Positions 29,087-38,419 of a DNA stretch of 64,000 bases are shown here, one piece after another. Each line of letters starts with the position of its first letter. Positions within the stretch are counted from its first letter, which is position 1. The translations under genes and the position numbers were made by a program. A model generated the notes under the pieces. That model worked only from the letters and a program-made list of their open reading frames with translations, did not search any database and had not been told where the DNA came from. The DNA comes from Promethearchaeota archaeon (lineage in GTDB: Archaea > Asgardarchaeota > Lokiarchaeia > Sigyniarchaeales > SOKP01). The stretch spans positions 64,001-128,000 of the forward strand of contig JALGVJ010000004.1 of the NCBI GenBank assembly GCA_029838195.1, written 5' to 3'.

Positions 29087-30261
29087 GACTTCTCTTTCTC
29101 ACCCGTTTGTTGGGGCCTCGATGAACGATAATTCTTTATTTGGACATAAAAAAGAGGATGTCGGATGGTTCTTTGTTCCTGATATGTTTTAGAATAATAT
29201 CCTTTCAAGCAGATGGGATCATCATAGTGCTTCGCTTTACACAAAGTCAATGATTTTAAAGTAGCACAAGAATGGGGTGTATATTGCTTTTTTTTAGCAA
29301 ATTGTACTTGATAAGTAGTAATATCTCTATTAAAATCAGGTAATTTAATAAAAAGATTTACAATGTTTTCTTCAGGAAAATTAAAGGAATTGAGAAAAAA
29401 TACTAAAAAGAGTCTCTCCACATGGGTAATATTTTGTCCTTCTTCTATTTTTTTTATTATCTCTTTAACACAAGGGGGAAACATCTCTACAAGGTTATTA
29501 TTTTTATCAAATTGAAGTTCAGTAAAATAATTTATGTCTTCTTTCTTTAATTCCCATCGATTTGAAATCTCATCATACAACTCCCTAAATTCATTAATTC
29601 TCAGCATTCCTTCCTTAAAAGTTTTGACATTTTCAACGTTTCTATTTTCGTAGGGAAATACTTTTTGGCGAACGTACTCTTGTATTAAACGTGCTAATCG
29701 TCTTTCTTGTAAGTAGACAAATCCTTCATGAAGTGCATTATTTATTAACTTTCCATTTGGATCTCTAAGAGAACTCGCGAGTTCTAAATAATCAATATAA
29801 TGAATTCTAAAATGAGTACTGAGTAGAAGAATCTGGTGTTTAGACGTAATTTTTTTATAAATCCAAGGGGGATCGTTGTATTCAATATTGATTTTCAAAT
29901 CCGAACAAATTTCATACAAATTATATTCATTTTCCTGGAGAAGAAGAGCATAATTTAATTTAGAGTATAAATTAGCAACCCGATGAGAGATCATGTTATC
30001 ATTTAAACAATAGAGCAAGATTTTTAAGGTTAAGTATAAATAGATGTTTAACTCATCAATCTTATATTCTGAAAAGGTTTCGCTATTATTAAACGCATTT
30101 TCGATTAACAGAATGATTCTTTTATATAATTCTTCTCCATTTTTCCCGGTTAACACGGTCGTGATAAATTCCTCTGTACTTAAAACTTGGAGATGAGGAT
30201 AATATAATTTTAAGGAAGGAAGCCATGGATACCGATATACCAATTCTCGTCTAATTTCCAT
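29083..30261 (-). CDS. priL: DNA primase large subunit PriL
   Basis: YPWL N-terminus and Fe-S domain FPPCV...HVERL...TYQV...YTPHSCATLKSLTLC...C...HPL; ATGA overlap with priS. Confidence 0.92.
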   Translation of the reverse strand: MEIRRELVYRYPWLPSLKLYYPHLQVLSTEEFITTVLTGKNGEELYKRIILLIENAFNNSETFSEYKIDELNIYLYLTLKILLYCLNDNMISHRVANLYSKLNYALLLQENEYNLYEICSDLKINIEYNDPPWIYKKITSKHQILLLSTHFRIHYIDYLELASSLRDPNGKLINNALHEGFVYLQERRLARLIQEYVRQKVFPYENRNVENVKTFKEGMLRINEFRELYDEISNRWELKKEDINYFTELQFDKNNNLVEMFPPCVKEIIKKIEEGQNITHVERLFLVFFLNSFNFPEENIVNLFIKLPDFNRDITTYQVQFAKKKQYTPHSCATLKSLTLCKAKHYDDPICLKGYYSKTYQEQRTIRHPLFYVQIKNYRSSRPQQTGEKEKS

Positions 30262-30374
30262 GGCTTTTTTAACACCTTCTTTTTGGATTTGAAAGGGTTA
30301 TTAACAAGTTAAAAGAGGAAATTTTAAAAAATTAAGACTCTATAAATTTTCTATTATTTGAGAAAAAACCGATT

Positions 30375-31172
30375 TTAGTACTCTTCCTCTTCTTCCCCGA
30401 ATTCTGCTTCTTCCACGCGAGGCGCCAAGAAATAAATGAGTTCTCCTCCTTCTAACAAATTAAATTTCATTTTTAAGGGATGATCCGTGCGTGTAGAAAT
30501 TTCTAATTTCTCAGTAATGGATGATAGATTTAAAATTGCTTTTAGAAAAGTAAGAGAATATGCTCCCTCGCTCATTTCTGAGATATTAGCATCGAGTAAA
30601 TCATCTAATGATAAGCTATATTCCATTTCCCCTATTTGCCCGGTAGAACTAAAGATCAAGCCTTCATCTTTTACTGCCTTTATATTAATGAGCTCTGAAT
30701 AGATTTCCGCATCTTTAATTGCTTCTACGAGATATTCCGGTGACATTACCCAACTTACTGGATATTCACTGTTAAGGATGTTATCAATGGGTAACTCTTC
30801 AAATTCCATATCCAAAACAGCCAAACTAAACGTGCGGGTCCTAGAAACACCTTCCTTTTGCATTTTAATAAGGATTTTTTGGTCTTTTTCCTTGAAATTT
30901 AATTCAATAGAATCATCCGGCGCACTTCTTTTTAATATCTTATTTAGATCATCTAAATTTAATCCAACTTTAGATTCCTGGCTACATTTAAATTCATCGA
31001 AATTCTCTTTCTGAATCGAGAGTTTTAAAAGACAAATCCGACTGGGATCCATTGCAGAAATAGAAAATTCAGCAGGTGTCACCTTGAATTCCGTCTCATC
31101 AATAATGTTAGCCAAGGTCTCAATAATAACTTTTAAAATCCGACTATTTTCTAATTTTAATGTAAATGAAAT
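30375..31172 (-). CDS. pcn: PCNA sliding clamp with inferred ATT start codon
   Basis: AMDPSRICL, YSLTFL, YFLAPR. The frame extends upstream of the track start (TTG 31115) as ISFTLKLENSRILKVIIETL to ATT 31172, directly after an in-frame TAA and 7 nt after GGTG. Confidence 0.93.
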   Translation of the reverse strand: MSFTLKLENSRILKVIIETLANIIDETEFKVTPAEFSISAMDPSRICLLKLSIQKENFDEFKCSQESKVGLNLDDLNKILKRSAPDDSIELNFKEKDQKILIKMQKEGVSRTRTFSLAVLDMEFEELPIDNILNSEYPVSWVMSPEYLVEAIKDAEIYSELINIKAVKDEGLIFSSTGQIGEMEYSLSLDDLLDANISEMSEGAYSLTFLKAILNLSSITEKLEISTRTDHPLKMKFNLLEGGELIYFLAPRVEEAEFGEEEEEY

Positions 31173-31369
31173 TTATAAGCACCTTGTTTCCTTTTTTTAT
31201 GATAAGATAGAGTTATTCACACTAATTAAAAAATTTAATATTAACCTTTTATTAAACAATAATAATATTAATACCCTTATTATTCTAATGTTCAACTTAA
31301 ACTTTTAATAGTTATTTTAAATTTCTATCCTAAATTATTTTTACCATGTTCCTTCTAAGGTGATTATAA

Positions 31370-31702
31370 ATGGAATCTCAACACGCTCGGCAAAGAACTA
31401 TCGAAGATATTATAAACAACGATATTTACATTCAAATCACGGGTTATGTAAAAGAATTACTCGAAAATAATCAAATCATTTTGAAGGATAATACAGGTAA
31501 GATTAAAATTGATCTCGGTGAAATTGAATTTCCCTACAAAAAGAACGATTTGATTAATGTCATTGGAGAATTAAACATTACCATGGCAGGGGAAAAAATC
31601 ATCCAAGCTAAAATAATTCAGGACATGAGGAATTTAAACTTCGAATATTATGAAAAACTTTATAAAATCAAGAAAGAATTCATTAAACCGGATTCTTATT
31701 GA
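31370..31702 (+). CDS. Small OB-fold protein, RPA3/RPA14-like subunit
   Basis: RTIEDI..D.YIQITGYV...LKDNTG...LINVIG...AKIIQDM plus a C-terminal helix, similar in layout to Thermococcales RPA14; SD AAGGTG. Confidence 0.7.
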   Translation: MESQHARQRTIEDIINNDIYIQITGYVKELLENNQIILKDNTGKIKIDLGEIEFPYKKNDLINVIGELNITMAGEKIIQAKIIQDMRNLNFEYYEKLYKIKKEFIKPDSY

Positions 31703-31845
31703 ACTTACTTGAATCTTTAAAAATTCAAAATTTTTCACTTGAATTTTTGGGAGAGGAGTTTTTCACCTAAATTATGTGAAAAATACCTTTTTCTTTAATT
31801 AAATATTTTAACTAATTAAAAATCTAAAGAATTGGAGAAATATTC

Positions 31846-32184
31846 ATGATTCAATTTTGTCCTAAATGTGATGGCCTCCTCCGTAAACAAGTCATTAATG
31901 GAAAAGTTTATCTTGAATGTAAATGCGGTTATAAAATTGAAGCTAAAGAGGATAAGGAAAATTTAAAAAAACGTGTTCAGAGAAAAAAAGAATCCTTAGA
32001 GAAAAATTTAATTATCGTTACACAAGAAGATAAAATCTCAATACATCCAAAAGTTATTAGAACCTGTCCCAAGTGTGGCCATGAAGAGGCAGAAACTTGG
32101 CAAGAACAAACGAGGAGTGCAGATGAGCCGAGTACTCATTTTTTTAGATGTTTAAAATGTAGATATACTTGGCGGGAATATTAA
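31846..32184 (+). CDS. tfs: Transcription factor S (TFS)
   Basis: Two zinc ribbons; QTRSADEPST acidic hairpin intact. Confidence 0.93.
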   Translation: MIQFCPKCDGLLRKQVINGKVYLECKCGYKIEAKEDKENLKKRVQRKKESLEKNLIIVTQEDKISIHPKVIRTCPKCGHEEAETWQEQTRSADEPSTHFFRCLKCRYTWREY

Positions 32185-32242
32185 TTATTTGTTTAAATCT
32201 TTGAAATGTGACCTAACCAAGTTAATAATAATTAAATATTGC

Positions 32243-32446
32243 TTACGTTAGTACTTCTAAAATTTTCGTTAATATTCGAGCTTTACCACCCGTGGATTGT
32301 AAGAGGGTCTTTCCGCATACTAAACATTCCACATCTGTGGCGGCGCAACCAAAAACAATTTGTTGATTTCCACAATTAAGGCATTTGACCCTTAAAAACC
32401 TGCTTTTAGGTTGCGGTATTAATTCTTTTTTTTTCTTGTTGCGCAT
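32243..32446 (-). CDS. rps27e: Ribosomal protein eS27
   Basis: [14 protein letters not shown]...C..CG..L..STGGKA. Confidence 0.95.
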   Translation of the reverse strand: MRNKKKKELIPQPKSRFLRVKCLNCGNQQIVFGCAATDVECLVCGKTLLQSTGGKARILTKILEVLT

Positions 32447-32465
32447 GAGCTTACACCTTCTTTAA

Positions 32466-32747
32466 TCAAACTTCCTGTAATTCTATTTTTTTCACACGAT
32501 ACGATTTAGCATAATGTTTTTTATTACATTCCGTGCATTCCAAAACTGGAACAGTTTTTTTGTTAATTTTAGCATTTTTATGAAAAATTTCTTTGGGAAA
32601 AGATCCATAACCTTTTTTCTTTCGTTCTAATCTTCTCCTTCCGTGATTTAACATCCGTTCTTTTCCTTTTTTATATATAGTTACATTATGCACCGTATGT
32701 GCGCGACAATAAGGACAATAACGACGGATCGTTTTAGGGTACTTCAT
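32466..32747 (-). CDS. rpl44e: Ribosomal protein L44e (eL42)
   Basis: MKYPK..RRYCPYC..HT.H.V..YKKG...CTEC. Confidence 0.95.
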   Translation of the reverse strand: MKYPKTIRRYCPYCRAHTVHNVTIYKKGKERMLNHGRRRLERKKKGYGSFPKEIFHKNAKINKKTVPVLECTECNKKHYAKSYRVKKIELQEV

Positions 32748-33008
32748 TCATCATCCCACATAAATCGAAAATAACTTAGGATTTATAATTTTATATTGAA
32801 ATTAAATTTTATTAATAAATTAGAAGTAAACTTATCTCTTTAATTAAAATCTTTATCGAAAAACTTCACGGATATGATGATGGGCACATTTGTATTATAA
32901 AATAGTTTTAACGGCGCGTGATCTCTCATTTAAAAAACGAATTTGAGGAAACAAAAAATAATTTAAATAGCACTTGATTTATTGTTATAAAAAAGGAAAG
33001 TAGTGTTC

Positions 33009-33929
33009 ATGTTTAAAGAGAAATTTCGAAAGGGCATTATTAGTGCTAAACAATTTAATAGGGAAGATCTCGAATATATTTTAAAAAAAGCAAAGGAAAT
33101 GATGAGTATTCAAAATTCCAATATTTTACAAGGAAAGATATTGGCAACCTTATTTTTTGAACCTTCTACAAGGACACGTCTCAGTTTTGAATCGGCGATG
33201 TATCGATTGGGGGGAAAGGTGATAGGATTTCAATCAAGAGAGGTTTCCTCTATCAAGAAAGGAGAATCCCTGGCAGATACCATTAGAACAGTGCAAAATT
33301 ATTGTGATTGCATTGTCATACGGCATTCATTAGAAGGAGCTGCGAAATTGGCTTCAAGATTTGCTAAAGTTCCTATCATTAATGCAGGATCGGGTAGTGG
33401 AGAGCATCCAACGCAAGCTTTACTGGATTTATTTACAATAAAAGAAGAATGTGGTACGATCGATGGATTAAATATCGGGATCATGGGTGATTTAAAATAT
33501 GGAAGAACTGTTCATTCCCTTTCCGTATTATTAATAAATTTTGATGTGAACATATATTTTATTAGTCCAAAAGAATTGGTCATGAGAGATAGCGATAAGG
33601 ATTTTTTACTCTCCCGTCAAGTAAAGGTTAAAGAAATTTTCGATTACAGAAAGGTCTTAGATATTTTAGATGTACTTTACATGACAAGAATTCAAAAAGA
33701 ACGATTTATAGATCCTGAAGAATATGAAAAAATGAAAAATATCTATAAATTCACGGAGAAGGATCTGGAGCTAACTAAAGATAATTTTATTTTACTACAT
33801 CCTCTTCCCCGGGTTACAGAGATTTCTTATAACATAGACAAATATGAAAACAAAGCAAAATATTTTAAGCAAGTATATTATGGATTGCAATTACGAAAGG
33901 CTCTTTTAGCCGAATTATTAGCAGATTAA
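33009..33929 (+). CDS. pyrB: Aspartate carbamoyltransferase catalytic subunit
   Basis: FFEPSTRTRLSFE, HPTQALLD, GDLKYGRTVHS, YMTRIQKER, HPLPR. Confidence 0.96.
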   Translation: MFKEKFRKGIISAKQFNREDLEYILKKAKEMMSIQNSNILQGKILATLFFEPSTRTRLSFESAMYRLGGKVIGFQSREVSSIKKGESLADTIRTVQNYCDCIVIRHSLEGAAKLASRFAKVPIINAGSGSGEHPTQALLDLFTIKEECGTIDGLNIGIMGDLKYGRTVHSLSVLLINFDVNIYFISPKELVMRDSDKDFLLSRQVKVKEIFDYRKVLDILDVLYMTRIQKERFIDPEEYEKMKNIYKFTEKDLELTKDNFILLHPLPRVTEISYNIDKYENKAKYFKQVYYGLQLRKALLAELLAD

Positions 33930-33949
33930 ATCTCTGTAAAATTTTAAAT

Positions 33950-35956
33950 TTATGAATTTTTAATGCTAAAAAATGGGATATTCGACTTGAATAAAAGTCG
34001 CTCTATTTCTCGAACTTCTTGATTGTCAATTGAGGGCATGAACACGTTAAATAATGACCCTCCATTCATGAATTGAGATAGTTTTTCATGTAGTTTAATT
34101 CTTTCTTGTAAGGATAACGATGTTTTTTTCTTTATTAACGTTGTATTGAATTTTATTTGAGAATTTTTCATTTCTCCTCCATATTCCCGATGTTTCTTTA
34201 ATCCTCGATTAAGGACATGAGGTTGAGTTAATGTATAATTGATATTTTCATCTTCTTTCCGCTCTTGAATCAAGGAATTCATTTCTTTTAAGATTTTTAG
34301 TCCAAAATGCATGCTACTTTGAGATTTTTCAAAATCTAGACCACAGTGGGTAATAATGGCTTCCCTAAAGTTAAAAAAACTAATAGATCGTACAGCTGAT
34401 TCCATACATTCTTTTGCGGAATCCTCAAAACATTTAGAAATAAAATAATTCCACCATTTGTTCTTTCCTATTTTTTGAGTAATAAAAGATTCTTTAAAAG
34501 AAAACAATTCAAAAACAGAATTTAACCGATCATCAACTTTTTCAAGAAAAAAATCGTCATTACCTTTAGATAATGATGCTATGGATAGAAGATTTATCAA
34601 AATTTTATCCATAATTAGTTGGTTTGCTATATGATTATTTCTTGTCTCTTTTGATATTTTAATAAGAGCGGAATTTAACAAATTAGAGTATTCATTTACA
34701 TGAAAAATAATGTTATTTTTTCCACCATTGATTAGCCGAATTTTTTGAAGAAAAGAAACTTTATCATTCTTTAAAAATCTAGGTAATTGAATTAAAATTA
34801 ATGGCTTGACAGGAAAACCACCGTAAAAACCCTCATTTTCATTTAAAATTTGAGTGATTTTCTTAAAAAATGTTAAATTCTCCTCATTTTTATCTTGTTC
34901 TTGAAGGCTCTGAGAAAAGTCTAATCCTAAATTCGGAACGAAGGAATCTCTTGTTTTATTTAAAAAATAGGTTATTCGGGATTGTAATACTGATGATATA
35001 ACAGGATTATATGAATGATTTTTGAATTTATCCAAAAAAAATTGATCAAAATCCCCTAAAATAATATCTTCTGAAAAGAATTGAGAGATATTTTCTAAAA
35101 AATCGAAACTTTTTAAGATACATTCGGTAATAGAATGTTGGTCATTATTATTAAGAGGAGGCAGATGTTCTTTTTCTTGAATAAAATTCATTAAATTGTT
35201 TGTATTCAAAAGACAAGAAAAAGGGCGTAAATTCCAAGTATTTAAATGTAATAATAAAATATCATTAGAAAGATATGAATCCGCTAAATTATTTGGTAAT
35301 AAATTTAATAATAAAAATTGTTCAGAAACATCGGAACCTAATTTTTTCAAATAATGTGCGGGCAGAATATTATTATCATTAAATAACTTAAATACCTCAT
35401 GAGGAGGACTTCCCAGACGCGTGAGTTTATGCCTAACTTTCTCAAGGCCATTTTCTATTAAAATTGCGTTAATTAATTCTCTCATCAAGGGGGCAGTAAG
35501 ATATTCTATATTTGTTTTTTGGAGCCTCTCAATAGTCTCATTTGCTATTTTTTTAGCCAAATTTTGCTCCAAATTTCCTTCTTTTATTAAATATTCCTCG
35601 ATTTTTTCGATTTTAAAAGGCTCCTTAGAATACTTTGAAGTTCGTATCATCACTGTTTCATTCTCTTCATTTAAAATATTTTCAATGGTTTCAAGACTTT
35701 TTACCATTTTTTGTCCTAAAGGCGTGAGTAAATAGCCATTTTTAGAGCTCTTAATGAGATTATTATTTTTTAATGTATTCAGGTGGAACGATAAATTAAC
35801 ATTATTCGAATAGTGCATCGAAATTTTCTTCTTTAAATAAGAAAAAGACAGGGGATGAGATGAGCGCTGCAACGATTTCAATAAATTGATTCTAACTTCA
35901 TGGCTAATAATTTTTAATTGCTCTTCTAATAATCGTGCGATTTCGTCGGCGAGCAT
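33950..35956 (-). CDS. ArsR-type winged HTH + ATP-cone + degenerate class III ribonucleotide reductase (NrdD)-like fusion
   Basis: N-terminal RINLLKSL...LSFSYL...LSFHLNTL...YLLTPLG (wHTH). Then IRTS...EYLTAPLMRELINAILIENG...TRLG (NrdD-type ATP cone). Then LPNNLADSYLSNDILL, matching NrdD ADAHxxGDIHIHDL. No C-terminal zinc ribbon or RxxGY glycyl-radical motif. Confidence 0.75.
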   Translation of the reverse strand: MLADEIARLLEEQLKIISHEVRINLLKSLQRSSHPLSFSYLKKKISMHYSNNVNLSFHLNTLKNNNLIKSSKNGYLLTPLGQKMVKSLETIENILNEENETVMIRTSKYSKEPFKIEKIEEYLIKEGNLEQNLAKKIANETIERLQKTNIEYLTAPLMRELINAILIENGLEKVRHKLTRLGSPPHEVFKLFNDNNILPAHYLKKLGSDVSEQFLLLNLLPNNLADSYLSNDILLLHLNTWNLRPFSCLLNTNNLMNFIQEKEHLPPLNNNDQHSITECILKSFDFLENISQFFSEDIILGDFDQFFLDKFKNHSYNPVISSVLQSRITYFLNKTRDSFVPNLGLDFSQSLQEQDKNEENLTFFKKITQILNENEGFYGGFPVKPLILIQLPRFLKNDKVSFLQKIRLINGGKNNIIFHVNEYSNLLNSALIKISKETRNNHIANQLIMDKILINLLSIASLSKGNDDFFLEKVDDRLNSVFELFSFKESFITQKIGKNKWWNYFISKCFEDSAKECMESAVRSISFFNFREAIITHCGLDFEKSQSSMHFGLKILKEMNSLIQERKEDENINYTLTQPHVLNRGLKKHREYGGEMKNSQIKFNTTLIKKKTSLSLQERIKLHEKLSQFMNGGSLFNVFMPSIDNQEVREIERLLFKSNIPFFSIKNS

Positions 35957-36111
35957 CAGTTATTCTGTAATGTCCCAATTTTTTTAGAAAATATCTAAAA
36001 AATAATAGGACTCTTACTTATAAAAAAATTTGGGACAGATCTCATGGAAAATTAAATTCTAATAATATCCCGGTGATATTTTATGAAAAATAGAAAATTT
36101 TTTTGTTTGTC

Positions 36112-36732
36112 TTACCGGGCAGAGACCGCAATCCTTTCAATTTCGTCTTTTCTTTTAATTGCCTTTGATTCTTGGCTATTTTGAGCCGCACTAATAAGTT
36201 CTCGGGTAATGCTTTCTTCAAATCGTCTGATAGTATTGTGGGAATCTGTCGCAATTGCTTGGACTAAAAGTTTCAATGCAAGATCTACTCTTCTTTGAGG
36301 CGAAATGTCCACGGCGGAAGCATAGGAAATGCCCCCCATGGCAATCCTAGTGGTTTCTTCTCGTGGAGCTACGTTAACGATAGCATCTACTAACACTTGG
36401 ATGGGATTTTGTCCGGTATTTAAATGAATCAAGGTAAATGCTTCCTCGACACTTCGGATAATTTTTTTCTTTTTTCCAGAATTATAGGAGGACTTATGCC
36501 CTTTTATCTTATTATCAATGAATCCCGGTGAGAGTAATCGATTAATGAATCGTTCGACAATTGAAACCTTTTGTGATTTCCAAAATTTTTTATGAGAATG
36601 ATTTCCTCCGGTACTTGGTACGATTATTTTTTTCAAATTAATGTATTTTTCCAAGCTAAAATCCTTTATTTCGATACCGTCGAAAGACCATTTGTTAAAA
36701 AGTTTAATATCTTCTTTTTTCGTTTTACTCAT
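36112..36732 (-). CDS. rps7: Ribosomal protein uS7
   Basis: KLFNKWS, IVERFINRL, NPIQVLVDAI, PREETTRI, DISPQRRVD, ERIAVSAR. Confidence 0.96.
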   Translation of the reverse strand: MSKTKKEDIKLFNKWSFDGIEIKDFSLEKYINLKKIIVPSTGGNHSHKKFWKSQKVSIVERFINRLLSPGFIDNKIKGHKSSYNSGKKKKIIRSVEEAFTLIHLNTGQNPIQVLVDAIVNVAPREETTRIAMGGISYASAVDISPQRRVDLALKLLVQAIATDSHNTIRRFEESITRELISAAQNSQESKAIKRKDEIERIAVSAR

Positions 36733-36868
36733 TGATCCACAGCATAATTAATATTAAATTACTTATTATTGTAAATAATTGCTCATTTTAATTTTTTATG
36801 ATAAGTAATCTTGAAATACAAAATTTTAAGAGATATCACGTATTAAATTTAATCATATATTATAAAAG

Positions 36869-37312
36869 GTGAATACGATCGGAAAAACGAAAGGCCTATA
36901 TGCTGCAAGAAAATTAAAAAATAATCGCAAGAAATTTCGATGGTCAAAATCTAAATATAAAAGAAAAAAATTGAAATTAAAGCAAAAAGTAGACCCTTTA
37001 GAAGGTTCACCTCAAGCTACGGGTATCGTTCTCCAGAAAGTGGGGAGAGAAAGCAAGCAACCCAACTCTGCGATTCGAAAATGTGTCCGTGTTCAATTGA
37101 AGAAAAATGGAAAAGGAATTACTGCTTTTTTACCTGGTGATGGTGCATTAAACTTTATAGATGAACATGATACCGTACTTGTAGAAGGAATTGGAGGATC
37201 AAAAGGAAGAAGTATTGGAGATCTTCCCGGAGTTCGATGGAAAGTAGTTAAGGTAAATGGTGTCAGCTTGGAGGCTCTAATTAAAGGAAAGAAAGAGAAG
37301 CCCATCCGTTAA
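36869..37312 (+). CDS. rps12: Ribosomal protein uS12; start is either GTG 36869 or ATC 36878
   Basis: [35 protein letters not shown]. No in-frame ATG near the start. Confidence 0.96.
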   Translation: MNTIGKTKGLYAARKLKNNRKKFRWSKSKYKRKKLKLKQKVDPLEGSPQATGIVLQKVGRESKQPNSAIRKCVRVQLKKNGKGITAFLPGDGALNFIDEHDTVLVEGIGGSKGRSIGDLPGVRWKVVKVNGVSLEALIKGKKEKPIR

Positions 37313-37424
37313 TCGAAGCTTCATTATTATTAAAAAAGTTCCACTACTCTCTTCTTGAATCTTTTTAATTATCTAAGGAATTAACGAATTAAAAGAAAGA
37401 TAATATTACGTGTTTAAAAACAAG

Positions 37425-37898
37425 CTAATTTTTCGTATTTATAATAACGTTATCCACATCAAAATGTCGTAGTACGAGATGTTTTATTTTTCTAATCATT
37501 GATCCATTTTTACCGATTGCTTTTCCTCGATCTTGGGGCCTTACGGAAATGATGACCGTTTTCTTTTCATTTCGGGACTCTCTAATCTCTATATTTTGAA
37601 TTTTAATGGAATTTCTCGAAGTATTGAGAATATATTGGATGAATTTATTGAGTTGTTCAGAAAAGGGGATCACGTCGATTTTCTTTTGAAGTCGTGCCAT
37701 TAAATCTTTCACGTGCTCTCCATCCCGACCAATAGCTTTCCCTATATCCTCTTTTTTTACCAGAAAGATTATTACTTCGGAATCATCATTTGGTAATTGA
37801 AAGGTCAAACAATCTTTAATAATAGCTCCGCTAATATTATTAAATAAAGACATTAACTCCATGGACTCCCGATCAATTTTAATATTTTTTTTCAACAT
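37425..37898 (-). CDS. nusA: Archaeal NusA-like KH-domain protein
   Basis: Two KH GxxG loops (GKAIGRDG, GKAIGKNG); follows rpl30e. Confidence 0.92.
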   Translation of the reverse strand: MLKKNIKIDRESMELMSLFNNISGAIIKDCLTFQLPNDDSEVIIFLVKKEDIGKAIGRDGEHVKDLMARLQKKIDVIPFSEQLNKFIQYILNTSRNSIKIQNIEIRESRNEKKTVIISVRPQDRGKAIGKNGSMIRKIKHLVLRHFDVDNVIINTKN

Positions 37899-37937
37899 TT
37901 TAAGAACCCAACCTGCTTTAAGAATTCACGATGCTTT

Positions 37938-38294
37938 CTATTTTTTAGGTATGACGGAGAGAATATCTGAATCTCCTGGATCCACAATTCCTAACACGGA
38001 TACCCAGTAAGGTAAAGCTAAGGCTAAACCTAGTTCGAGACTCGACCCTTTATATTTATAAATATAAGGTTTGTCCTTCAAGAGAGAAACATAATAATTA
38101 AATTGAGTTTCTAATTCTTGAGGAATATTATTCGCAATAACGAGCATTTTAAAGGGATTATTTCTCAAGGCTTTAAGAACTTGATTTTTCCCATATATTA
38201 TTTTTCCCGTCTTAAAAGCAACTTTAAGATTGGTCTCGAAATCAATTCCTTTCTTTGCTTTTTTACTTCGTGAAAAATCGATTTTACTCGACAT
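37938..38294 (-). CDS. rpl30e: Ribosomal protein eL30
   Basis: KTGKIIYG, IANNIP, GSSLELG, IVDPGDSDIL. Confidence 0.94.
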   Translation of the reverse strand: MSSKIDFSRSKKAKKGIDFETNLKVAFKTGKIIYGKNQVLKALRNNPFKMLVIANNIPQELETQFNYYVSLLKDKPYIYKYKGSSLELGLALALPYWVSVLGIVDPGDSDILSVIPKK

Positions 38295-38419
38295 ATATTC
38301 GTGTAGTATTTGTAGTTATAATTAATATATTTATTTTTAAAAAAAAAACCTTTATGTTAATTACATGTTATATTTCATGGTATTTATTAAATTGTTAGTA
38401 AATTCCTTCTTCATAAAAA

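Noticed and set aside
32874-32925. ATGATGA box C-like word in the rpl44e-pyrB spacer, and another near 44412
   Set aside because: No suitably placed CTGA box D or terminal stem, so a C/D sRNA cannot be supported.
33009-33929. pyrB without an adjacent pyrI
   Set aside because: The two genes are often separated in archaea; this cannot be judged from one window.
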